A stretch of DNA of 64,000 nucleotides from Antedon mediterranea. Its lineage: Eukaryota > Animalia > Echinodermata. The notes under the pieces were generated by a model. The model was not told where the DNA came from. It saw only the letters and a program-made list of their open reading frames with translations, and did no database searches. The stretch spans positions 6,820,001-6,884,000 of the forward strand of contig NC_092674.1 in assembly GCF_964355755.1 (NCBI RefSeq), written 5' to 3'. The position numbers and the translations under genes are program-made. Each line of letters begins with the position of its first letter. The first letter of the stretch is position 1. This document shows positions 1 through 19,070 of this stretch, piece by piece.

Positions 1-22
1 TTTGATGCATATATATTATCAG

Positions 23-3000
23 GAGTATGCGGAGACTGCATGTACTAAGGTACTACAATGTGAACACATCTGTGGTGGTCTGAAAGGCGAGGAAAAGCAT
101 CTTCCTTGCCTACAGGGGTGCAGTAATGACCCTACTTTAAAGCAAGACTCTGATGATATGTGCATGATATGTTTCACTGAGGCTCTATGCTGTGCACCGG
201 CTATCCAGGTCAGTTTTAGCAAATACATAGTACTGCAATTTGAATTGCCTAAAATCAATGATTTGTTTTGTCTAAGTTTAGTTACCTTTATAAAAATAAT
301 GGTAGTCTTATATAGCTCCTAATACAATGTTACTAAGCGCTTTACACAAAAATGATCATATCATAATATCATATCCTAAGATAAGCAAAACAATGAAGAA
401 GAGACAGAGGAACCATTTACACCGCTCTGTTCTCCAGCCATAGAACCTGCCATTTGGGAGCTTGCCGGAATAGAATTCACAGGAGATCAAGTGAAAAAGG
501 CATACCCTACTAAAATAAAAAGTGAAAAGATGCTTAAAGCTCTGTCTACACTATCAAACTTTATGTGACAAAAAAATGTGACGTGCCCATATATGGGCAT
601 GATGATGTCATATCACTATCATATTTGAGCATATAACTACCATATTTGGGCACATCCCACTTTTTTTTGTCATAGTTTGATAGTGTAAACAGAGCTTTAA
701 AATATCGATTGATGTTGCTTCTTTAATGTGTGATACCTTATTGTTTAAATACTTAGTAAATTTATACAACTTTGTTTTATTTGTACATAGCTTGTGTGTG
801 GTCACGTTTTCCACTATCATTGCTGTTTATGTGTGCTTGAAAAGAGGTGGGTTGGACCGCGAATCACCTTCGGATTCGTCTTATGCCCAATTTGTAAGGT
901 ATGTACTCAAATAATTCATTCATTGTGCTTTCTGCAAGTTTAACTTATTTATTTGTTTGTTTGTTTGTTTTATCTTTATACTGGGTGACCTCTTCAGTCA
1001 AAGACTGATCTCCCAGAGGGCCCAGTTGGTGATCAGTGGCTGTGATGTACTAATACACCGGGGTAACCCCCTACTTGTCTGGAAAGATGTACTAGGTTCT
1101 TTAAAGTGCACACGAGCAAGTTATGTACACTGGACCTACGGTTTATAGTCCTTATCCGAGAAGACTCATTCTACCACCAGAACCATGGAGTGAGTGAGCC
1201 TCGAACCCCTGCCGATGTTATGGCTACGTGATTACGGTTCCACTGTCTTAACCGCTCGGCCACTCACTCCCTAAGATGTTCAAAATGTTCAATGGATTTC
1301 TTTACAGCTCCCTAATGTTTGTATTGTGTTATATGGAACTGTGTTTTTGTGATTTACGTTAATCAACTTCCAAACCTATATTGCTTTATAATATGTTTCA
1401 AAAATCAAGTTTTCCACTGGCAATGTGTCGTATATAAACCTCCTTTGTCTGGAGAGAAATTTTGATTTATAAATATTTGTACTGTATAACCATTTTTCAG
1501 GTTGACATAGAAAACAAAATGTTAGAATCTATACTAGAACCAATCAAATCCCTGAAGCAAGATGTGAAGCGGAAAGCCCTGATGCGATTGGAGTATGAAG
1601 GTCTGAACAAATGTGAAGCCATTACAACACCAGGAGCTCGTTTCCATCATGATCCTGCTGGCTTTGCCATCAACAGATATGCCTACTATGTTTGCTTCAA
1701 GTGTAAGAAGGCCTACTATGGTGGTGAGGCAAGATGTGATGAGGGTGGAGCCCAGGAGTATGACCCTGCTGAACTTGTTTGTGGTGGATGCTCAGATGTA
1801 TCAAGGGCTCAGGTAATGCTTGCATTTATGTTTTATTGCCCACATCTCTTTATAATTATTGCATTTGATACTCAGTACTTCACAGAATGTTTTCACTGGT
1901 GTTGTATAATACCCCTTTCACACCAAAAGCAAAACGTTGACACCCCGCTGTTTGGTGTGAAAGGTAAAATCAAGCAACTCCGGAGTTTAAAACTGCGGGG
2001 TTGAACAGCTGAACATTCTCCGGAGAGCGAACTGCGGGGACACCCCGGTGTTTTGGTGTGAAAGGTACCAACATCAAACTCCGGAGTGTTTCGGGTCAAA
2101 AGGTCATCCTCACACGATCACTCATTGCTTTAGTTTTATTTCAAAATACTTTAAATATTTGTACAAAATATATAGCGGGTTTAAAAAATAATAAGTAGTA
2201 TCAATAAAACATTATATTACTTCTGAGACTTTTGAAAGTAATTATTAAATTAGAAATATTGTTAATTAAAATTATTCTAATGATCGTCGCTATGTAAACA
2301 ACAAAAAATAGAGGGCGACATACAATTTTATTTCATTATCCCCGGTGTTGCTAGGTTGGTGTGAAAGGGGTACCTCCGGAGTTTCTCGACGTTTTGAATG
2401 GTCATAAACCCCGGGGTGTCTCCGGAGACACTCCAGAGTTTTGGTGTGAAAGGGGTATAAGAAAGTTAATAAAAAAATAATTAAGCATTTCCTTTCCCCC
2501 TTCTTTACCTCAAATTCAAATTTTGATATATAATACCAGCCTCATGCTTCCTGTCTTGACATAGGAGATAAGCCCCTTTCTTTCTTTGTTGTACATACGT
2601 ATAGTGGTAATTTAAGAAGTTACTATGCATTAAAAATATCATTAATTTTTGTCCATAAGGAAACAGTAAAATAGCTCTAAAGCTCATACCAATATATTTA
2701 CAAAACAAAATCAATAAAAAGTATAAAACAAAAAATGTCACCATAATAATCATAATATTGTAAAATTAGTATTGTTAAACTTATAATCCAGAAAACTTGC
2801 AAGTACAAAATGGCTTTATTGTTCAATTCAAAAGTGATTTTTATTTTCCTTTATTCAAGATGTGCCCCAAACATGGGACAGACTTCCTGGAATACAAGTG
2901 TCGTTATTGTTGTTCTGTTGCTGTGTTCTTTTGTTTTGGTACCACTCATTTCTGCAATGCTTGTCATGATGATTTCCAGAGAATAACAACTATTGGTAAA

Positions 3001-3292
3001 CAAGAACTGCCTAGATGCCCTGCAGGTAAATATACTGAAGTTAATCTAGGCCTATGGTTTGTGAAAACTTTAAAAACCAGTTCATATAAAATATGTGCAC
3101 ATTTTTGTGATGAGTAGGGGTTACCCCAGTGTGCTGGTTCAAATACATTGTCAATATACATTTTTTTTTTAAACAGGTCCAAAGATCACACAAATGGAAG
3201 GAGATGAGTGCCCTCTACATGTCGACCACCCGCCTACAGGCGAGGAGTTTGCTCTTGGCTGTGGTGTCTGCAGAAATGCCCATACATTTTGA
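23..3292 (+). CDS. MYCBP2: E3 ubiquitin ligase MYCBP2/PHR1/Highwire, last 5 coding exons (gene begins upstream of window)
   Basis: GT-AG exons 23-208, 791-898, 1501-1812, 2860-3025, 3177-3292 join in frame: RING-H2 ([31 protein letters not shown]...CPICK), [54 protein letters not shown] and C-terminus [20 protein letters not shown], the characteristic PHR-family RING-Cys-relay tail. Confidence 0.97.
538..696. mobile_element. PIF/Harbinger-type MITE, family A (TIR AGCTCTGTCTACACTATCAAACT)
   Basis: Terminal inverted repeats flanked by TAA/TTA; about 12 copies in the window. Confidence 0.85.
945..1271 (-). mobile_element. tRNA-derived SINE, near full length
   Basis: Minus strand starts GGGAGTGAGTGGCCGAGCGGTTAAG (A box) ... 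GGTTCGAGGC (B box), core GATAAGGACTATAAACCGTAGGTCC...GTGCACTTTAAAGAACC, (AAAC)n tail; related copies elsewhere in window. Confidence 0.8.
1910..2457. mobile_element. PIF/Harbinger-type MITE, family B
   Basis: TIR TACCCCTTTCACACCAAAA / TTTTGGTGTGAAAGGGGTA, TAA TSD at 1907-1909 and 2458-2460; partial inverted copy at ~27615-27788. Confidence 0.85.
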
Positions 3293-4001
3293 GCACCAAT
3301 CTGCAACTGATGGCATACCCATACTGTTAGGCCAACCGATGAGGTGCAATAATCCAGGACATGATCTGGTAACCACTACAGGAATCAAGAGCTGCTGAAT
3401 GAAGTCCTTACATAAAGTCATGACTTCCAAAGCAACAAATTGGCAGTCTTCAATTGAAGTGGTTTTAGTTGATTTCAATTCAATAATGACCACTAAAGCA
3501 ATCCTTTTTGATTTCGCTTTCATGTGTTGCATATGCAATTTAGTAATTGACATTTGGTATGTAAAAACACTAACCAATATTACAACAATTGAAATGTGTG
3601 ACAAAACACCAGGATGGAGTTGATTTTAAGGAAACTATAAATTAATGTTAGTTAATTCTGACTTTTTATGATTCCTGTTCAAGTTTAATATTCACAAAAG
3701 CCAATTCCTGTGTTCCATCAAAAAAAATTGTATCAAAACATACATTGATTATTTTGTATGTGTTAATGTTTTTTTTCTCGATATTAATGCTTGGCCAAAT
3801 GTTTTTTTTTAAATTTTCATCAATTTTTGTTCAGAGCCAAATATATTGATGAAATTGGGTTCTTATTTTGAGGCTGATCAATGCATAATTGGAATATTTG
3901 TTAAATTCTTATTGTATTTTTCCATTTCATTTCCATTTTTAATATTCACTGAAATTTTTATTTTTATATATAAATATGGTTAAATACTAATATTTCTATT
4001 G

Positions 4002-4002
<1 letters not shown>

Positions 4003-4042
<40 letters not shown>

Positions 4043-4043
4043 T
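4003..4043. repeat. (TAT)n microsatellite
   Basis: Direct reading. Confidence 0.9.
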
Positions 4044-6736
4044 TTTAAATGGAAGCTAAATTAATCATAATTAATATCTAAGTAACCTTGATATCTTAGT
4101 AATTGTATAAACAATAACCAATGTAATTTTATTCCTTTTCGTTCGTTTTGGTTCAACATAAAAGTAAAAATCCACAAAAATATTATTTGGAACCAGATGA
4201 ATCTATTCAATGTAATAACAAAGAAGATGGATATCTTTTTACTATTGACAATCCTTATGTACCTTTTTTTCTTGTTAGAAATATAGACTGCTAGACTTGA
4301 TGTTCAGTATTTGTACCTTTCTGATGTTTATTTTAGTGTGAGGATGTTGATGAAATTCATATTATGGGATGGTGATTACGGTGTTGTTGATAGTTCATGT
4401 TTATATAGAGGTATCGCGACCACGCGAATACGATAACGAAAACTAATACATCATAAATAAGTTTTTGTAATTCAGTAAATATCTGTTTCGTTTGGCAACG
4501 AACTAATGAATACACTCGGATGAAAATGAAATAGTGATCAGCTCAGACGTTTCAAAATGTATGTATGTTTCCATTATCATATTTGTGAGTTATGAAACCT
4601 CTCTTGTGTAAAAAAGTAGTTATAGTAATAGTAGTAAAGGTGTTACAGCTATGATACTGTACATACACTGATGTGTTAAACGCTCAGATGTACACTGCTA
4701 AAGTAAAACTTTATACATTTGTGATATACTGTACTGTACAAGTTTTGAGTTGTAATTCTATCATTCGTTGGGCTGCTTAAGTGAATATATTGTATAGTTA
4801 TAATATTGTTCTACCAGGTTTAAATTAATATCCTATTCAGTGTCTTGAAATTCATTACAATTGGTGTACAGTTTAAATGTAGTTATAATAAATAATACTG
4901 TATTACCATGTTATGAGTTATATCTCATTTCCAGTTCTGAAAATTCATAAATAAAAAAAATGATTAGTTGTATGCTGTACCAGCCATGTGTAGGCATGTG
5001 GAACTACTTTAATATAATTATTATACAGTGTAGTAATCTATACTGGTCTGTAGTTGTATAGTTGTAGTAAATACTGTACTTGGTATTGAGTTGTATAGTT
5101 TACGGTAGCGTAGTGATACTGTAACGGGTTATGAGTTCTCAAGTCAATAGATAATAGATAAACTGCTTAAATATAAAATAGTGTACAGTATACTTGATCG
5201 AATGTTTTAGTGCAATGTTAACAAAATTACATGTTATGTAAAAATATTACCATCATATACATGTATACTATATTATAAGTCTAGGTTACTTAATTAGATT
5301 TCGCATAATTTGTATTGATGATAAATGAAATAATTTTATGGAAATTATTTATATTGGTTTTTCATGGTGTTTTTTACTTTAGGATGAAATAAGTATTAAT
5401 TTTAGTAATGCGCTATTTACTAAGTTTAAATATTTGTTAGTATATTATTGCTATAAATATTTTGTTTTCTTTTGTTGTTGGTTTTAGTGTAGTAATTATA
5501 ATTACTAGCAATATTTAATTTATGTTTACATTCTGAAATTATAATTTAATTACTTTTTAATACTAACATGGTTTCTTTGTAAGAAAATGTTTAAATAATT
5601 TAAAAGATGTGTTATATACCGAATCAGATTGTAAATTTGAAAGATATCATAAATATTGTGATATGACACCCATCTATAGTGAGTCAGCCCTCGCCTCCAT
5701 CAAAGGTGTGTACCACCATCAACATACATTAGTTGGGATACCCCTTTTAAGGGGACACTTTTCCACGAAATGAACGATATGATATACACTACAGCCAAAA
5801 CCCTATTCAGGGACACCCCTATTAAGGTGAGACTTGTTGGGCCCCTTAATAGGTGTTTTACTGTAGAAGCACCCACGCCCCTTCCCCCATCATGCATCTT
5901 TTTCATGATGTTAATTTGTTAATAGCATATAGCTATGAATTAAGTATAATATATTTTTTAAGCATTACTTAATCAGTATTTTGTTTTATGGTGTCTCTAT
6001 ATTATGCTTAATGCAATTTAGCTATTCTTGCTATGCAGAGTGAAAAACTATCCGCTTCATGTTCGTTGTTTTCATTAATGTTTTTGCTAAGCAATATAAT
6101 TATTAAACATCTGTGACGATCTCCTATGCTGTTTTTCAATGTATTTCTCATATGGTAACATAATTGAGATGAAATGGTGGTTATATAATAATTAGTTACA
6201 CAAATCAAATACTATAGTAAAATAGTAATAAATAAACATATATTATTGACAATAGAATATTCATAGATATAGAAATGTGTTTAGTACAATAGAGTACAAT
6301 ATTGTAATAACCTACCATTTTATTTAATGCTCTATAGATATATCAAATTATTTGATAACCTGACACAGAATGATCAAAGTATTACTTTTCCAACCTATGT
6401 AAAAATATCACTGTTTTTTTAAAAAGGAAATGTTCATGGAGATTTATTTGTTGATTATCTACACAGTTTAACTGGTTCAGTTTGAAAATAAATGCTCAAT
6501 AAATATTACTTTATTTTGTGGTGTGTTTGTTAGTTAACTATTTCTTTCTCCTTTTTTCAACAATTATTAACTAAAATATAACATGAACTACACCATAGCA
6601 CTTGCATGAGTTCTGTTCTCATGTGTTATGTTTACCCACGATTTTTTAAAAAAAAGCAGAAGGTGGGGTGGATGCGCCGAATGAAAACAAATAAAAGAAC
6701 GGAGGGAAAAAAGAAAAGTTTTGTGAGAAAATTATT

Positions 6737-6793
6737 ATTACATCATCGAGTGTGCCTTTAAAAAGATTACGTCATCTTCTCCTATCAACCAAT
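6737..6793 (+). promoter_or_regulatory. HARS proximal promoter: C/EBP-ATF-like site, CRE-like site and CCAAT box
   Basis: ATTACATCA 6737-6745, ATTACGTCA 6766-6774, CCAAT 6789-6793, all within 120 nt of the ATG at 6856. Confidence 0.5.
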
Positions 6794-6855
6794 CACAAAG
6801 CAGTTTCATAATGAGAAAAGGAAGAAATTCACCCGTGCCGGTGTTAAAAAACAGC

Positions 6856-15226
<8,371 letters not shown>

Positions 15227-15246
15227 AGGAAGACAATTTAGAAATA

Positions 15247-15500
15247 CAGTCAACTCTCCCAATACCGGACTCTCTGAAAACCAGAAACTCTCCCAATACC
15301 GGACTCTCTGAAAACCAGAAACTCTCCCAATACCGGACTCTCTGAAAACCAGAAACTCTCCCAATACCAGACTTTTTTTGAGGACCAAAAGGTCCCAAAT
15401 TTATATTTACCATTAAAAACACATTCCGAATACCAGACTTTCCGGAAAACCAGACTTATTTGGCCGGCCCAAAGGTGTCCGGTATTGGGAGAGTTGACTG
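15247..15500. mobile_element. Tc1/mariner-type MITE (family C) just after HARS stop
   Basis: Perfect TIR CAGTCAACTCTCCCAATACCGGAC, TA TSD, internal 29-bp tandem repeat. Confidence 0.88.
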
Positions 15501-15907
15501 TATACAACTTTTCTTTAAATTTAAGTACATAGGTAAAGGCCAATGCATTGTGCATCCCAGGCCAAATACATTTGGCTAGTGCTTTTAATGCATCTTTCAT
15601 TGACACTGTCATGATGGGAAAAACCAATAAATACACAAGCATAGATTTGGAATCTTGCAGTTGCACCCAAGCTATTACAAATTTCTATTTTTTTCTAGCT
15701 TTGATTTGGTGGTATAAAACATCTACTCAATTATGGAGGTTTATTACATTCAAATTAGTAAACACACTTCAATGTATTTATTTCGGTATTTATACCAAAA
15801 AATGTGGTCCAAATTAAATGTTTTATTATAAATTAAATGTGGAATATTGTGTAATACAATTCTGATTTATGTAAGTCAACGAAATATAAATCAAGACAAT
15901 TGTATAA

Positions 15908-16050
15908 AGCTCTGTCTACACTATCAAACTAGTTTGACAAAAAAAGTGTTATGTGTCCAAATAATAAATGGTAGTGCTATGACATCATCATGTCCATATA
16001 TGGGCACATCATATTTTTTTGTCATATAAAGTTTGATAGTGTAGACCAAG
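15908..16050. mobile_element. MITE family A copy
   Basis: TIRs and internal GACATCATCATGTCCATATATGGGCAC core. Confidence 0.8.
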
Positions 16051-16594
16051 CTTAACATTGCAGACTCATGTCTGGCTTGAATAACAACTTTAACCAGTAT
16101 CTTATCTGCTACAGGTTCATGCAGTATGAAGTACTTTACAAGAATAAACAAGAAAAATAGAGATAAGAACAACAATTTGATTTTATTTATTCACATGTTT
16201 GTTGGAGCAATTTTTTTTTTACTTAACCAATTTGTAAAAGATTTTTACACAACTTTCGGATATAGCAGAACAATTGTTGCTCTATTTTTCATCAAGTTAG
16301 CATATTTTTGTATTCTGCATTCTGGTTGTACTGTGCTGATTTACCACCATGCCTTGTTTTAAAAACAAGTATACATATTATACAATATCACTGTTCACTA
16401 TATAACTGTACACTACTGTATGTACAGCATACTAGCCTCATGTTCAGAGACAAGAACATCACTATCTGTGTGATTTGGTTTCAATAGATCAGTGTGTTGT
16501 ATCTGCATTTCAAGTACACCCATTCATACTGTGTACTCATTCAGTGAGGATGATAAAATGTCAAATAATAAACACGGCACCAATAACTTTGATT

Positions 16595-17631
16595 TCACAT
16601 CATCATCCACTGATGAGGAGAATCAGATGGGCCTGCTTCATTGCTTAAATCCATCTCTACCTGAAAATAAATAAAATTCAATTGTTATATCTCGGTGCTC
16701 TTTCAAAGATAAGGTCCAAGCATCATGGTCACATAATGGGTAGGGAATGGAGAAAACTAAAAATTATCTATACTATAGAGAGAGTTGTCATGTTATATGT
16801 TTGTTTGTTATACAAATCTTTGTTATTTACCCAAATACACATGTAGTGGTATTAAAATGACTGGAAATAATATTGTACTGGGAAGGTTTTGAACTACAAT
16901 GGGGGAGGGGCTATTCTGGGTCAATCAAGGTCAACTGTGTGAAACAAAAATTGCTCACATCTTCAGGTGACTCGGCGTCATACACATTCATTTCTTCACC
17001 ATCTAATTCATCCACTTCTGATTCTTCGTCGGTGTCGATTTCATCTTCCTCGTCATCTTGCTCATCCTCTTCCGATGTCTAAAGTAAAATTAGATTTATT
17101 AAAGTAAATTTCAAAAAATATATCAATCATCAGGTGTTGTGGACAGTTCACGTCTGTCATACTTTTCACAGAATAAAAATACTAATTTTTTGGGGTTTTT
17201 TACAAACCTCGGTTGAAGCTGTTTTTCCCACAGGAGTTATGTTACTTCCTTTCTCCGCAATACTTTGTAGCTATGAGATGAGAGACAAAAGATCAAATTC
17301 TTTAAAATGATAATACTGCTGTAGTAAGTAAGCCCAACACTTTTTTCACTGGACCAGGCGCCCAGCCCACTTAACTACTGGTAGTAGACTACCTAGAAGT
17401 ATAAGCTAGGGCCTAGCCTAGGCCTAGCTAGATAGAGGCCTACTACTAGGCCTATATAGGGCCTAGGCCTTAGTTTTAGGCTAGCTAGCCTAGGCGGTTA
17501 TACTTTTTTACCCAAGCTTGATGGGCCTGTTCCTCTTGTGAAAGTTCAGATTCATCATCAAGTGCTTTATCTACATCAAACCAAAGTTGATCAACAAGCT
17601 TCGGTAGAAGAGAAGGGAACAAAGTTGACAT
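16595..17631 (-). CDS. ANAPC15: Anaphase-promoting complex subunit 15 (122 aa, 4 exons)
   Basis: Exons 17512-17631, 17208-17270, 16959-17078, 16595-16660, all phase 0: [22 protein letters not shown]...EQAHQAW|[16 protein letters not shown]..|acidic tract|...HQWMMM*; matches vertebrate APC15 (MSTLFPSL...HQAWLQSIAEK...QWMI). Confidence 0.93.
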
Positions 17632-17865
17632 AATTAAAAGCTAGGCCTAGGCCGGGCTCTACTACAGCTAGCCTAGCCAACAAAATGAATCAAAATACAA
17701 AGATTTCTAGAAAACTATAGAGGGCCTCCCTTAACTTCATCGGAAACAAACTTTACTGAGAAAAACAGTTTTTTGCAGCCCAGGAGGAGGGAAGTCTGTT
17801 CTCCAGGCCTAGGGCCTAGCCGCGCCTGTTGCTCATTTCTACCTTATAATTATATATGTGAATTT

Positions 17866-19051
17866 GGCGCTAATGCAGTTTCGTACCCACCCCTTAAAAT
17901 TACTCAAAATCTTCATCCAACCTACTCACGAGTTGTCTACAACATTCTGCAATCATAAAATTGTTTTTAATCAATTAATACTGAGCACCCTTCGGAAATA
18001 CATCGCCAGCTTAGCTTCGCGAAAATCATCGCTAGGCCTGCCGATAAAAGTACGGAGGCCTCACAGGACATTAACTCTATAGAGTAAACAGTTGCGTTCT
18101 ATAGAGGGCGTAGTTACTAACGTTTAAAGCACGCACCAAATAATTATAATTTTCATTATTTCCGACATGCGTTTCGTATTTTTAATAAAGAAAAGAAATA
18201 CTATACAATTGCTGTATTCATCATTGTGGGTATCATCATAATTATGTTATGTTTTTAATTTGTTCTTTCATTTTACTAGTAGAATTTCACACAGAAAAGA
18301 AGATAAATATGGAACTGCTGACTCTTGAAGATATAAGTACTGACCAATTTTCCTCTGTTTTAGTTTATTTTACATTATGGTTTGTAGGTCAAATAAATAA
18401 ATGAAATGAATAAAAAGAATTAAAAAACAGAAAGATATAATTTATTGAAATGTAATGTACAGTAATACAATAATTATAATAAAAAATGTTTTCCATCAAT
18501 TACTAGAATTTATTTTACTTCTGCTGACACTGAATACATCATTTCATGTCTATTCATTAATTTATTTCAACAATATTTTATGAGGGTGGTCCATCCAGCC
18601 GAAGCTGATCATTAGGGACCCTTACAAAAAATATAATTTGACAAGACAATAACACACAACATTCAAAATAAATAGAATTCAACATAATTAAACACAAAAT
18701 ATTTCTTTATGAAAAAAAATTAAAATCCGTTTCACGAGGAACATGTAAAAAATATTTTATTATCGCCATAATATGATCATATAACAGCGTCCTCTATAGA
18801 TCGATGCCCTATGAGGCCTCCGTACTTTCATCGGCAGGCCTAGCGATGATTTTCGCGAAGCTAAGCTGGCGATGGATTTCTGAAGGGTGCTCAATTATTA
18901 ATTGATTAAAAATAGTTATAAATAAGAAATTATCGATATTTTACCATTTTATGCTTGCTGAATGCTGTAGACAACTCGTGAGTAGGCTAGATGAAGTATT
19001 GAAATCATTTGGAGTAATTTTAAGGGGTGGGTACGAAACTGCATTAGCGCC
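17866..19051. mobile_element. Non-autonomous long-TIR DNA transposon (Merlin- or Mutator-like)
   Basis: About 250-bp imperfect TIRs beginning GGCGCTAATGCAGTTTCGTACCCACCCCTTAAAA; 8-bp TSD GTGAATTT at 17858-17865 and 19052-19059. Confidence 0.85.
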
Positions 19052-19070
19052 GTGAATTTTGGGTTTTACC

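Noticed and set aside
17400-17500. TAGGCCTA-rich palindromic tract
   Set aside because: Low-complexity motif recurring near many 5' regions in this window; no specific function supportable
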